This document shows, piece by piece, positions 42,205 to 61,860 of a stretch of DNA of 64,000 nucleotides; within the stretch, counting starts at the first letter, position 1, and each line of letters begins with the position of its first letter. Origin of the DNA: the human T2T-CHM13v2.0 reference genome, Homo sapiens; NCBI RefSeq assembly GCF_009914755.1, contig NC_060941.1. One strand, written 5' to 3'. The notes beneath the pieces were generated by a model. It was given only the letters and a program-made list of their open reading frames with translations. It made no database searches and was not told the origin of the DNA. The translations under genes and the position numbers were made by a program.

Positions 42205-42430
42205 CTTAATAGCAGTTAAGCATTATGGAGTATTTACTGTATGCCAGACCCCATGCTAAGTAAGCACATTAATTTAACCTCACAGCAATGCATACTGGGT
42301 GGGAGCTCTCATTGTCTTTATTTAACAAGTACAAAACTTGAGGCACACAACAGAGGTTTAACAGAGAGGTTAAATAAGTTGTCTATGGTCACACAAGTAA
42401 CAAGTAGTAGATTTATATTTAATTCAGAAC
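42205..42430 (-). mobile_element. MIR
   Basis: TACTGTATGCCAGAC...ACAGAGAGGTTAAATAAGTTGTCTATGGTCACACA. Confidence 0.78.
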
Positions 42431-42917
42431 ATCTTTATCTACAAGCATATTTTAGGACTACATGTTGGCACTGATGAAAATAATAAATAGATCTTTATCC
42501 CTATCTTTTGGAGTTTACAGTAAAGATGAGCCCAAAACACTTAATATTACTGTTGTAAGGGCATAGCTAAAAAATGGTAATTGGACCTTAATTATAGAGA
42601 TTTGAGGGCTACTTATTCCCATATATAAGCTTTACTTAGTGTAAACTTTTGATATAGACCCCAAGTTCATTATTTGCTTGGTATTTCAGGTACTGGCAAC
42701 CCATATATGAGCCAATGATAATTAGATCACCTAGATCTTGGTTTAAATTTATTACTGACACCACATCCTTCTCGTTCTTTATTATTTTTGAGTGCTTCTC
42801 TACCTCCTTGAAATGCTCTTGCTTTCTGGAAAAATCTCTTTATGTAAACTCCTTAAGGGCAAGAGTCTGTGATAGTGCTTGGTACATAATTAGTACTCAA
42901 CACGTATTTGCTGAATA

Positions 42918-43075
42918 GCCAGGTGCAGTGGCACGTGCTGGTAGCTGCAACTAAGTCAGGAAGCTAAGGTGGAAGGATCACCTGAGGTCAGACATTTCAG
43001 GCTGCAGTGCTGTATGATAGTGATGTGAATAGCCACTACACTCCAGCCTGGACAACATGGGCTCCGTGGCTAAAA
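42918..43075 (+). mobile_element. FAM (fossil Alu monomer)
   Basis: Single monomer containing the FAM-type segment GTGAATAGCCACTACACTCCAGCCTGG. Confidence 0.8.
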
Positions 43076-43157
43076 TAAGAACAAATTTTGATAAATACAT
43101 ATATTGTTTCTCTTTATAAATCTTTATCAAATAAGATGATGAAATCCAAAATTGTAA

Positions 43158-43510
<353 letters not shown>

Positions 43511-43571
43511 CGCCATAGCCATATTTCTAATTACATTTTTTGTTTCTTGAATATACAAGAAGTACTATAAC

Positions 43572-44317
<746 letters not shown>

Positions 44318-44344
44318 ATAACAATGATAAACGGCATGAATTTT

Positions 44345-44560
44345 TATATCAGACAGACCTGGAATTGATCCTGGCTCCACTTACTAATTTTGTGTGACCT
44401 TGGGCAAGGTACGAAACCTCTCCAACCTCCAGTTTCTCCTCAGGAAAATGCAGCTGATAATAGTGCTATCTCACAGGATTGCTGCCAGGATTAAAGAAGA
44501 TAATAATAATACATGTGATGTGCTAAGCCATGTTCAGGACCCATTAATGTACAATGAATT
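44345..44560 (+). mobile_element. MIR (MIRb-like)
   Basis: TCAGACAGACCTGG...TGTGTGACCTTGGGCAAGG...CAGTTTCTCCTC. Confidence 0.85.
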
Positions 44561-45150
44561 TTTGGTTTTTTGGTTTCAAATTAGTTGAGATTCAACTGTA
44601 AAAGACGTGGTTGAAGTCCTAAAGGAGTGTGCTTATTGGACCTACAAATAGGAGATATGTGTATAAATGACTTTAAAACACTGACAGACTATATGAATAA
44701 GTTAAAATGAATAAGGTAGAGACTGAATATACATCAATGACTATTATTTCATTATAGGGTCCAAATGGTGCTAGAAGCTCAACAAAATTATTGTCCATGT
44801 GCTGTTATCTTATTTAGATATACAAACAATTTAAAATAAATGTATTTAAATTATATCATAAATAAAATAAATTACTTGTGGGAGTGAGTCATAATTAATG
44901 ATTATAGTAGCAATGGTCCTACTAATTTTAGACAAACAGATTGCTGTGCTATATGAACAACTAACTATGAAGACTAAATAGATACCAAATTCTGTTATAA
45001 TAAAGTAAAACATAACTTGATCTGAAACATTTAATCATGGGCTTAATTCCAATTATAATGTATGATGTTTAAAGTATAAGTGATAAGTTGTTCACATAAG
45101 TGATTATTATTATATATAATTAATATTATAAACCTTCAGCTTAGCTTTGT

Positions 45151-45471
45151 ATTTTTGTTTGTTTGTTTGTTTGTTTGTTTTTGGTTTTTGGAGATGGAGT
45201 CTCGCTTTGTCACCCAGGCTGGAGTGCAGTGGTGCAATCTTGGCTCACTGCAAGCTCTGCCTCCCGGGTTCACGCCATTCTCCTGCCTCAGCCTCCTGAG
45301 TAGCTGGGACTACAGGCGCCCGCCAACACGCCTGGCTAATTTTTTGTATTTTTAGTAGAGACGGGGTTTCACCGTGTTAGCCAGGATGGTCTCGATCTCC
45401 TGACCTTCTGATCCGCCCGTCTCGGCCTCCCAAAGTGCTGGGATTACAGGCGTGAGCCACCGCGCCCGGCC
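45151..45471 (-). mobile_element. Alu (AluY)
   Basis: AluY diagnostics, TSD AGCTTTGTATTTTT. Confidence 0.94.
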
Positions 45472-46382
45472 AGCTTTGTATTTTTCTAATTATCTGGAGA
45501 GGAGATAGGAGTTTACTAGAAAAAGAAGAAAGTTTTTTCATTTCAATATGAAGATTCCTACATTCAAGCCCCTTTTCCAATAGGCGCCACTCAGAGATCA
45601 GAATAATGACACATTCTTTGGTATAGATACACACACTCTGGGTGTTTAAGTTAGCTTACGGCAGGGCAGGAACTTGCCCGATATAATAGAAAGAATTCCT
45701 TTGATTGAGAAGCGGATACTGGTTAGCAAGGACCTTGGAAAACTAGTAGAAGAGATGGAAATAGAGTAATAACCGAAGTCTTCTTTAACAATGAAGAAAC
45801 TTATTTTGAGACTCCAGGGGTTGGAGAAAGGGTTTTCCTGGGCTTTAGAACTCCATTGTTATTTGGTAAAGGCTGGGAGGGGAGTGGGCTGAAAGTATGA
45901 AAACTGTCCTTTCCCAAATTTCTCCCCCATCTTGTCTAAAATGACCAATTATTCAACGCTTATGCAGCTTTTAGTATAAACTAGTTTAGTCAACTAGCTT
46001 TTCTAATAACTAACTGAGATATATCAAGGTAATGAGATTTTGAAAGGCGATCAAGGAAAAAGCAAAATATCGTTTTAAAGCATAAGTTGTTGATGAACAC
46101 AAAGCTTTAAGTGGGAGCTGGCAGCTTCAGGAAGGAATCTGGCAGGAAGAAGACCAAGATAGCCCAGAGAGTGATGAGGATTACTAAAACAAGAGATGGA
46201 AAGAAGAATGTAGTAAAGGAGTTGAGCAAGTAACAACAGCAAAAAAAGTGAAAAGAGACCAAAGAAAAGGAGGCACTGAAGCATAGCATTGAATGAAGTA
46301 CATATGCAACTAGGAGCAAGCATTATAAAATATGAGCAGCAGTGTGGGTTGTTTACTTAGAAGTAAAGTTGCTAAGTCTGAA

Positions 46383-46389
46383 TTTATTT

Positions 46390-46440
<51 letters not shown>

Positions 46441-46446
46441 TTTTTT
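46383..46446. repeat. (TTTA)n microsatellite
   Basis: Direct reading. Confidence 0.93.
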
Positions 46447-47019
46447 GACGAGTCCCAAGTATCTTTCTCCAAAACAAGAGGGAATACCAGCTGACTTCTG
46501 ATTCTGTTATAGGTTAAGCTGATAATTATGGTTAGAACCTCTAGGTGTTTGCTATATTGTTAGCTAGTAGGAAGAATGTTGGAAGATTGGAGCCAGTTTC
46601 AATTGCCCATCTGTTCTGGTCTTATACTAGGATTAAGTGTTTACTAAAAATAGAACGGGGTAACATTGCCAAACGTGTAGCCCATAGGCATTTGTAAACT
46701 TGCTCTCTTATTAAGATAATTCATGCTTTAAACACTGGTTGGCCATGAATTGAAGATGTAAAGATGAGGATTTAATAGGTAGTTTTTTTCTGGAATAGAT
46801 GATATGCTTTTTTTCTGTGGGGAAATTCTAATTACAACAAGCATAGGTTTAAGCCTCTGGCTGATAATTAAAGTTATGCTATCAGTCAGGTCTTACCGTA
46901 CTGCCAGTACTTGCTGTTGGAGAGAGAATAGATTGTAATAGATTCTGTTGTTCAGGGTCTGTGACAACTGAAGCCTGCCAAAGTCAGTTGCGCCATTCTC
47001 TCCTCTTTGTCATATGTAA

Positions 47020-47230
47020 GTGAGGCAGCAAAGTATTGTGAAAAAAATATGTCAAGAGAGCTGACTTATACGATGATTATTGCTCTTCTTGTTTGACCTG
47101 GGGCAAGCCCTTCTGAGCATTTTTTTTTTAATTTTCAAAATGAAAATAATACCTATTTTATCCAAGTGGAAGCATTATTGTAGAGTCAGACATTATAGTG
47201 TATGTAAGCACTTTTTAAACTATAAAGACA
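47020..47230 (+). mobile_element. MIR (old, MIRc/MIR3-like)
   Basis: TGACCTGGGGCAAGCC...AAAATGAAAATAATACCT...TGTAAGCACTTTTTAAACTATAAAG. Confidence 0.6.
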
Positions 47231-47791
47231 ACGTATAAAAATGAGGTTTTCATTTCTATCACCTAAGAATTGTTTCTAGTTTAAGAGAGGCTGAAATGGT
47301 CATATTTCTGTCATGTAGGCATTTCTCATAAATTTTTCAAGGAATGGAATGGGCAGGAAAGGAACTATGAAAGTAATGGAAAAGAATCATGTGGGTATTT
47401 GCATGAAAGACAGACTTACTTGAAATTCTAGGCACAGGAATGGTTTCTCAGGATTGTGATAACGCTGTTCTCTGAAAGATTTAGGTGAAAAGGCAAAGAC
47501 CTTATTTATGATTAGATATGTTTTATATCAAAATATGACAGTAATGAATATAGGAGAATGAATCTTATGCATCTATAGTTACTCTTTGAAAATAACATTG
47601 CTGGCTGCTATCTGAATCACCTGTTGTTCAGTTATTTTTTTTCCCTTAGGAAATTGTGTTTTGTATATTTTTAAATTATTGTAAAATGTCTGCAAAATTA
47701 ATCTGCACCACAGGAAAGATAAAAAATAAAGAAAAACATCTGCAAAATTAAGCATTGATTAGATTAAATATGGACGAGGTGCAGAATTTAA

Positions 47792-48095
<304 letters not shown>

Positions 48096-48625
48096 TGCAA
48101 AATTTAAATTTAATACAAATTTAATGGACTATCCCCAAATATATGGATGTGTAGAATATTATATATGTTTTTAAAACATGAGTTAGAGAAAGGGTTGGAG
48201 AAAGGGTTTGAAAGGAGATGAGCACAAAGATGAATATCTCCAATTCAAGGTAGAAAATGTACATAACAATTATCAGTCAATACATTTATTTATATATAAT
48301 TTAAAACTTTTTTTCTCATAGAAAAAATCTGTAGGTTGTCCTAAATATAGCAGTCTTAATCTAAATAATCTATTGAACCAATACTTTCTGAGACTTTACA
48401 TAGGCACAGATCCTATCTGAGAAGCTGCTAATCAACTGCTACACTGCTGCAGGATAAACCTTTTATTTTTATAATTTTGTGTACTCAAAAGCTTATATCA
48501 GTGAAGATAGATATTTCTTCAATCTAATTACTATTAGTTATTTTAATGGAATCAATCACTTTGAAAAGAGGATTCAGGTGTAAAAGCTTTATTCTACTTT
48601 TATTAATGAATTTAGGTTGCTTTAG

Positions 48626-48972
<347 letters not shown>

Positions 48973-49041
48973 CTGCTTCTTTGTGTTTTATCTTGCATTG
49001 TATTACTGTGGAGAGAAGCAATTCATTTAAAATATCTGGCT

Positions 49042-49524
<483 letters not shown>

Positions 49525-49619
49525 TCAGAAAAAACTTAACAGTTTAGAAAGCTTTGTGTTAACATTGGTGTTTTTTTTTTCAGGAAACAAATGAAAACGT
49601 ATTTTTTTTATTCTCTGTT

Positions 49620-49955
<336 letters not shown>

Positions 49956-50048
49956 TAGTTTTACTACATTTTAATATTTTTAGATATAAATGTAGAAATT
50001 ATAGTTTTAGTTTTAATGGTTCCTGACATTTTTTTTTAAGTTTATTCA

Positions 50049-50398
<350 letters not shown>

Positions 50399-50445
50399 GC
50401 GGCTTTGATGTTTTATATTATGAAAGAAATTTAGCTGGACAGATC

Positions 50446-50516
50446 CAGCTGTTGCATTTATAAATAGCTACAGATATCTACAGCAATAAAGGGTTTATTC
50501 AGGTTGTTATGGCAAC
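50446..50516. promoter_or_regulatory. candidate enhancer motif cluster (E-box, MEF2, RFX X-box)
   Basis: CAGCTG 50446-50451, TTATAAATAG 50458-50467, GTTGTTATGGCAAC 50503-50516 in non-repeat DNA; motif match only. Confidence 0.35.
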
Positions 50517-50657
50517 TAAAATTCAGCAGAACTTCAAAGATAAACTATATTGAAGCAAGAGGTACATTAACTGTACATTTAATCAAATTATACAATAAAA
50601 TTGTTGCTTAATATATCATTTTAGATAGCAAGAAATTAGTTTAACATATCAATGTAA

Positions 50658-50976
<319 letters not shown>

Positions 50977-51189
50977 TGTACAAAAATTTTGTTCCTAATT
51001 TATCTGTATGGGTTTTATATACTTTTAAGGAGCTTTACTTATAGGAATGATGGATCATGCTGACCCATTTAAAACTCTCTTTCTCGGTCTTCTTTGTAAT
51101 AAGTTGCATGCTTATTTAGATCTGCTGGCTAGGGTTGAGGGTACATTTCTGAGTCAGTGGAATATATAAAAGCCTGCATTCAGCTTTAA

Positions 51190-51529
<340 letters not shown>

Positions 51530-51684
51530 AAAATCCATGATCTTATACCAATGTTTTATCCAACTTAACTACCTGGTTATAATCTTTTAAGCCATTTGAA
51601 TATGTAGATTTATTCAGATATTCTGTTACAGTGGGTCTAGGAGTGGGACATGAGAACCTATAAATTTAAAAAATAATTGGCCAG

Positions 51685-52298
<614 letters not shown>

Positions 52299-52518
52299 TT
52301 ATTTTTATTCAATGTAATATGTGTATAATTTTTAAAAGTGAATAGTGTACTGTAAAGCATATACTAAGAACAGTCTCTTACCCTTTTCTTCTTCATTCTC
52401 AAGTCCTCCTTGGAAACAACTATTTTAATTTTCTTTTCTTTCTTTTTCTCTCTCTTCCTCTCTTTTCTCTTTCTATACATTGGAACCACAATGGCAAAGG
52501 AAGCAACTATTTTTAATT

Positions 52519-52866
<348 letters not shown>

Positions 52867-53048
52867 TAAAGAATGTTTCATTTGCTGTTTCTTGTTTTTT
52901 AAATTATAGACAGTAACTCTTTGTTTTTTATTCTAGAAGATAAAGATTTAACAATTTTATACAACTCCTGCTACCACTTACTTTCCCCCACTAACTCCCA
53001 GTATAATCATACCACAACTTCAGGCAAAATAATGTTTACATTGTTTGA

Positions 53049-53477
<429 letters not shown>

Positions 53478-53961
53478 TAGTTTTCTATGTACCTATTGTC
53501 CTTTATTTTCTGAACTCTGCAGTAGAAACATAAAAACCACTATCAGTATAGTTAAACATCCTGGGTAATCATTTTTTATAAGGCTTTCATCTTGGAACTT
53601 TGCATCTGCCTGTTCCAGTCCAGACTGTACGTGCTGTATACCTTCTGTACAGCTGACATTCTGGAGCTCTACCATGATCCTCGTGGTTCCTGATGCTTCT
53701 TTTTCATCAGAGCCTCAGTTTTGTGGTTTTCATTTCTTTCTGGGTTTCTTTTCTCATTTTGCTGGTGGACATCCTTTACTAGTCTTTTTATAAAAGATTC
53801 ATGGTTAGAAAGCAGGATTAGTGAGCTTAAAAAAACAAATAAAAGATTCATGGAAGTTAATTTTTTTCAGATATTTCAGTTAATTTTGTTAACCTGAAAT
53901 ATCTTTATTCCACTCCTCCACTTGATTGTTAGCCTAGTTGGGTACAGAATTACAGGTTAAA

Positions 53962-54272
53962 GGCCAAGCGTGGTGGGTCATGCCTATAATCCCAATACCT
54001 TGGGAGGCCAAGGCAGGTGAATTGCTTAAGACCCAGAGTTTGAGGACAGCCTGGTCAACATAGTAAGACCCTGTCTCTAGAAGAAAAATTAGCCAGGCAT
54101 GGTGGCCCATGCCTGTAGTCCTAGCTACTTGGGAGGCTAAGGTAGGAGGATCACTTGAGCCCAGGAGTTTGAGGCTGCAATGAACTCTGATTGGATCACT
54201 GCACTCCAGCCTGGAAATCAGAGCAAGACACTGTCTCTCTAAAAAAACAAAAAACAAAACGAACAACAAAAA
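53962..54272 (+). mobile_element. Alu (AluJ-like)
   Basis: Full sense Alu. Confidence 0.92.
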
Positions 54273-54338
54273 AATTGTTAGAAAATTGTTTTCCCACAGA
54301 ATTTTGAAGGCATTAGTCTGTTGTCCCTCAGCTTTCAC

Positions 54339-54668
<330 letters not shown>

Positions 54669-54731
54669 TTCAGTGTTATTATTGAGAAAGATGATAGCAT
54701 TCTGATTCCTGAACCTATTTGTATGTGGTTT

Positions 54732-55365
<634 letters not shown>

Positions 55366-55959
55366 ACTTAAAACTTTATCTTAAAGCTTTTAGACTCTTC
55401 TCTTTAGCCAGCATTTTGGGAACTGAGTAAGGGAATACACTTGTTTATATGTAACTTTTCACATAGTATTCTTAATTTTAGTAAGGTGATTTACTTCAGT
55501 CTCTCAGTATATACCTTGTGTCTTTGAATATTCTGTTTCAATTAATCAGAAAATGAACATTTTCTCTCCTGCCATGTGAGGGAGGTGCACTTGTTTGGTT
55601 GCATGGGAGTTTAGAAGAAAACTATCTTAGGTATTTCTTCTGTATAATTTCAATGAATTGCAACGTTTCCAACACTTCTCCTTATACCCGCTGTCTGAGA
55701 TAGCTAGTATCTCCAGTTCCTTAGATTCCTGGAGTTCTTTGATGAGAACCAGCTAGATTCTTGATGTCATCCCCCTATTGGACAGTTTGGACTCAGCTTT
55801 CTCTGTTCTGGTATGTTAAGGTTGCTACTCCTTCATTCCCTTTCTTGCTTTCAAATATTTGTTAATCTTTTTTGTCTACTATCATTTCTTCCATGTCTTT
55901 CTGTTATTTTAATTTCACATTTCAGGAGGTTTCTGAGATAAATACATGTGTGCAGTCTG

Positions 55960-56410
55960 CTATTTTGAATCAGAAGTCCTGAAAGTCCAACATTATTGCC
56001 AGTGCTTTTATTGTTTCTGTGATAGGCACTGTGTTCCAAGGCAGCTCATTTCCTCTTTGGTAAGCACTGTTTTTTAGTGGCTGCTTATCTTGGGTGAAAG
56101 TCTTTGTCTCTGTAGGACTATTGATCCTAATTCTACACCTTAGAGTATTCCAAATAAATCTGTTGTCTTCCACTTGGTAACCTTTCATAGACTTAAAGAC
56201 AGTATTAGAACTTTAGTATTTTTTCTTCTCTAGCGTAGAGATAACCTAGTTTCTCTATTTGATCCTCAGAAAATACTGTTTCAAATTTCTTCACTATCCT
56301 GGTCACTCACTTCTGAATTAACTGTTCTTAAAGAATGATACCTGGAATTGAGAGCAATACTCCAGGTAGAATCTAACCAGCACAGACTAGAGTAAATTAT
56401 TATCATTTTC
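55960..56410 (-). mobile_element. L3/CR1 remnant
   Basis: TTCTTAAAGAATGATACCTGGAATTGAGAGCAATACTCCAGGTAGAATCTAACCAGCACAGA resembles the antisense CR1 ORF2 end. Confidence 0.55.
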
Positions 56411-56871
56411 TTTTGAAATATTGTTGTGATAAAAAAAAATAAACCTAGCACTCCTGGTATGTTCTGCAAAGGGAAGAGTTTCTCAGAATTTTATCTGCTT
56501 GAAATTAAAGAAAAAATGTAAAGCTTCTACTACTTCTATATATAGAGAGAGAGACCTGAAACATACAATGATTTTGTTTTGTTTTTAATTAGATCAATTG
56601 GTGCTCCTTTTTAAAAATAATCTGGAGTGTAGGTTGAGAATTAAGATGTTCTGCATAATAACGTAACATGAAATTTTAAACTTTAATTTTGAAATATTTT
56701 TAGAGTCATGTAGAAGTTGCAAAAATAGTACAGAGTTCAGATGTACTCTTCACCCAGCTTCCCCCAAAGACATCTTATATAACCATAGTATAATTATCAA
56801 AATCAGAAAACTGACATTGGTACAATACTATTTATTAACTAAACTACTGACCTTATTTGGATTTCACCAGG

Positions 56872-57150
56872 TTTTTGTTTGTTTGTTTGTTTTTTGAGAT
56901 GGAGCCTCGCTCTGTTACCAGGCTGGAGTGCAGTGGTGTGGTCTTAGCTCACTGCACCCTCGCCTCCTGGGAACAAGCGATTCTCCTTCCTCAGCCATCT
57001 GAGCAGCTGGGATCACAGGCATGCATCACTACTCCTGGCTATGGCTAATTTTTGTATTTTTTTCTTTTAGTAGAGACGGGGTTTCACCATGTTGGTCAGG
57101 CTGATCTTGAACTCCCAGCCTCAAGTGATTCACCTGCCTCAGCCTCACAA
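56872..57150 (-). mobile_element. Alu, 5'-truncated
   Basis: Antisense Alu, flanking GATTTCAC. Confidence 0.88.
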
Positions 57151-59057
57151 GATTTCACAGTTATTATATACAATCCTTAAAAAAAAATGTTTGGGGGATG
57201 TATGTAGTTCTACAGGATTTTATCACATGTATAAATTCATATGACCATTATCACATTTGGGATATAGAACTCCCAAAGAAACTCCCATGTGCTAGCCGTT
57301 TACAGTCACACCCCAATCCTAACCCCTGGCAACCACTGATCTGTTTTCCATTACCATACTTTTGTTACTTTGAGACTGTTATGTAAGTGGAATCATCTAG
57401 TATGTGACCTTTTGAAACCCAGTAGTTTTTCAACAGTTACCTCACCGCACCCCCACAGAAGTCTTTAGTTTCTATTGTTGCCGTTTTTATGTCCATGAGT
57501 ACCCCATGTTTAGCTCCCACTTATAAGTGAGAACATGTGGTATTTGGCTTTCTGTTCTTGCATTAATTCACTTAGGATAAAGGCCTCCAGTTGCACCCGT
57601 GTTGCTGCAAAGGACATGATTTTGTTCTTTTTTTATGGCTGGATAGTATTCTGTGGTGTATATGCACCACATTTTCTTTATCCAGACCACATCTGATGGG
57701 CATCTAGGTTGATTCCACATCTTTGCTATTGTGAATAGTGCTGCAGTGAACATGCGAGTGCATATGTCTTTTTGATAGAATTACTTGTTTTCTTTTGGGT
57801 ATATACCCAGTATGGGTAATCGGATTCCTGGGTCAAATGGTAGTTCTGTTTTAAGTTCTTTGAGAAATCTTCAAACTGCTTTCCATAGTGGCTAAGCTAA
57901 TTTGCATTCTCACCAACAGTGTATAAGTGTTCCCTTTTCTCCACAGCCTTTCCGACATCTGTTGTTTTTTGACTTTATAATAATAGCCATTCTGACATCT
58001 GACTGATGTGAGATGGCATCTCATTGTGATTTTGATTTGCATTTCTCTGATGATTAGTGATGTGGAGCATTTTTTCGTGTTCATTGGCCAGATGTATGTC
58101 TTCTTTTGCGAAGTGTCTGTGCATGTCTTTCGCCCATTTGGAAGTGTTTTGTGGTTCTTGTAGAGATATTTCCCCTCTTTGCTTAGATGTAGGGTTTTTT
58201 GTTTGTTTGTTTATTTGTTTTATTTTTATTTTTTGGTGGGGTGTGGGGTATGGCTATTGTAAATGGGATTGCATTGTTGACTTGTTTGCCCACTTTTTAA
58301 TTGGACTGCTTACTTATTTACAGTTGAGGTTAGGGATTTCCTTATTGATTCTAGATATAAATTATTTCTCAAATATATGTGATTTGCAAATATTTTCTCC
58401 CAATCTGTGGCTTCTTTTCTCATTTTCTTAATATCTTTCACAGAGGAAAAGTTTTAATTATGATGAAGTCTAATTTATTAATTTTTTCCTTTATGGGTTG
58501 TACTTTTGGTGTCATATCTAAGAACATTTTCCCTAAATTTAGGTCACACAGAGTTTCTCTTGTTTTTTCCCTAAGAGTCTTATAGTTCAACATCTGATAA
58601 AATTATGCATTTGAAGTTTGTTAATTTTGGTATAAATTGTGAGGTTTAGGTCAAGGTCCATTTTGTCTCCTACAGGAGACCAGTTGTCCCATCACCACTT
58701 GTTAAAACGACTATCCTTGCTTCATTAAATTGCTTTTATGCCTTTGTCAAAAATTGGTTGTCTGTACAAGTGTGAGTTTATTTTTTTGCTCTTTTTTGTT
58801 CTATTGATCTGTGTGTCTGTCTCCCAATACGACCGTTTAACTGTTGTGCCTCTATAGTAAGTCTTTAAAAAGCTAATGTGATTACCCTTATTTTATTCTT
58901 TTTTTCAAAATTCTTTTAGCTATTCTAGTTCCTTTGCCTTTCCATATAAATTTTAGAATCAGCTTGTTCATGTATAAAAATCTGTTAGGATTTTTATAGG
59001 AATTGCATTAAACCAACTGCAGATCAATTTCGAGAGAATTGATGTCTTTACTCTCTA

Positions 59058-59425
<368 letters not shown>

Positions 59426-59600
59426 TTCATCAGTGTTTTGTAGTTTTTGGCACACAGATCCTGTGCATGTTTTGTTATATTTCTACCCGAATTTTAATTT
59501 TTTTTTAGTGTTATTGTAAATGTTCTGGGAAATTTTATTACCTGTCATATTGTTGGGCCTTCCCACTGTAGCTTTATATTTTATTAAAACATATATTTTT

Positions 59601-60049
<449 letters not shown>

Positions 60050-60061
60050 ATAATTTAAAAA

Positions 60062-60200
60062 AAATGGGGAAACTGAGACTTAGAACAGTCAAGTAATTAA
60101 TTGCCTAAGGTTACAAAATTGGTAAACAGTAGAGCTAGGATTCAAACCCAGGTGTGGCTTTAGAATCTCTAACATGATGCTAACCACTATACAATGCTGC
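60062..60200 (-). mobile_element. MIR
   Basis: ATGGGGAAACTGAGACTTAGA...GCCTAAGGTTACA...AGAGCTAGGATTCAAACCCAGG. Confidence 0.82.
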
Positions 60201-60531
60201 CCAGAGCAAAACCATCCTGATATACTCTAACAGCAACTGTTTTTTAAGTTTTGGGTATATATTGTTGCTCAAAAGTGACAAGACTACTAACTTTATCTTT
60301 TGTGTTACCCAGATTAAAATTCTTTCAGGAAAAAATGAACTATATATAATATTAAGATTAATGTATTTCATCATCTGCCTTCTTCTTATCTAAATCAAAG
60401 AATTCCCAGGGGGCCTGGCATGGTGGCTCACACCTGCACTTTGGGAGGCCAAGGTATGAGGATTTAATGAGCCCAGGAGTTCAAGACCAGCCTGGGCGAC
60501 AGAGTAAGATCCTGTCTTTACAAAAAAAAAA

Positions 60532-61187
<656 letters not shown>

Positions 61188-61384
61188 TTAGCTACTCCAG
61201 AGGCTGAGATGGGAGGATCACTTGAGCCCAGGAGCCCAGGAGTTGGAGGTTACAGTGGGCCATGATGGTCCCACTGCACTCCAGCCTGGCTAACAGAGTA
61301 AAACCCTGTCTCTTAAAAAAATTAAAAAAAAAAAAAAAAAAAAAAGAATTCCCAGGATATACAACTGTCAGAGAATGAGAATAA

Positions 61385-61388
61385 CACA

Positions 61389-61423
<35 letters not shown>
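61385..61423. repeat. (CA)n microsatellite
   Basis: Direct reading. Confidence 0.95.
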
Positions 61424-61427
<4 letters not shown>

Positions 61428-61528
61428 TCTCTCATTATCCTTAATAGTTACAAATTGATTTCATTTTTATTTAAGATTACTCAGAAAAATTTATTGGACT
61501 TTTAATTTATGTTAAGAAATTGTTTTAA

Positions 61529-61860
<332 letters not shown>

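Noticed and set aside
45577-45590. CTCF-like CCAATAGGCGCCAC
   Set aside because: Three mismatches to the core CCASYAGRKGGCRS, including a highly conserved G.
46075-46323. Two overlapping minus-strand ORFs and a purine-rich plus strand reading WQEEDQDSPESDEDY in one frame
   Set aside because: The Leu/Phe-rich ORFs result from base composition. Plus-strand frames hit stops quickly, and I recognise no homologue or convincing splice sites. A tBLASTx search would settle it.
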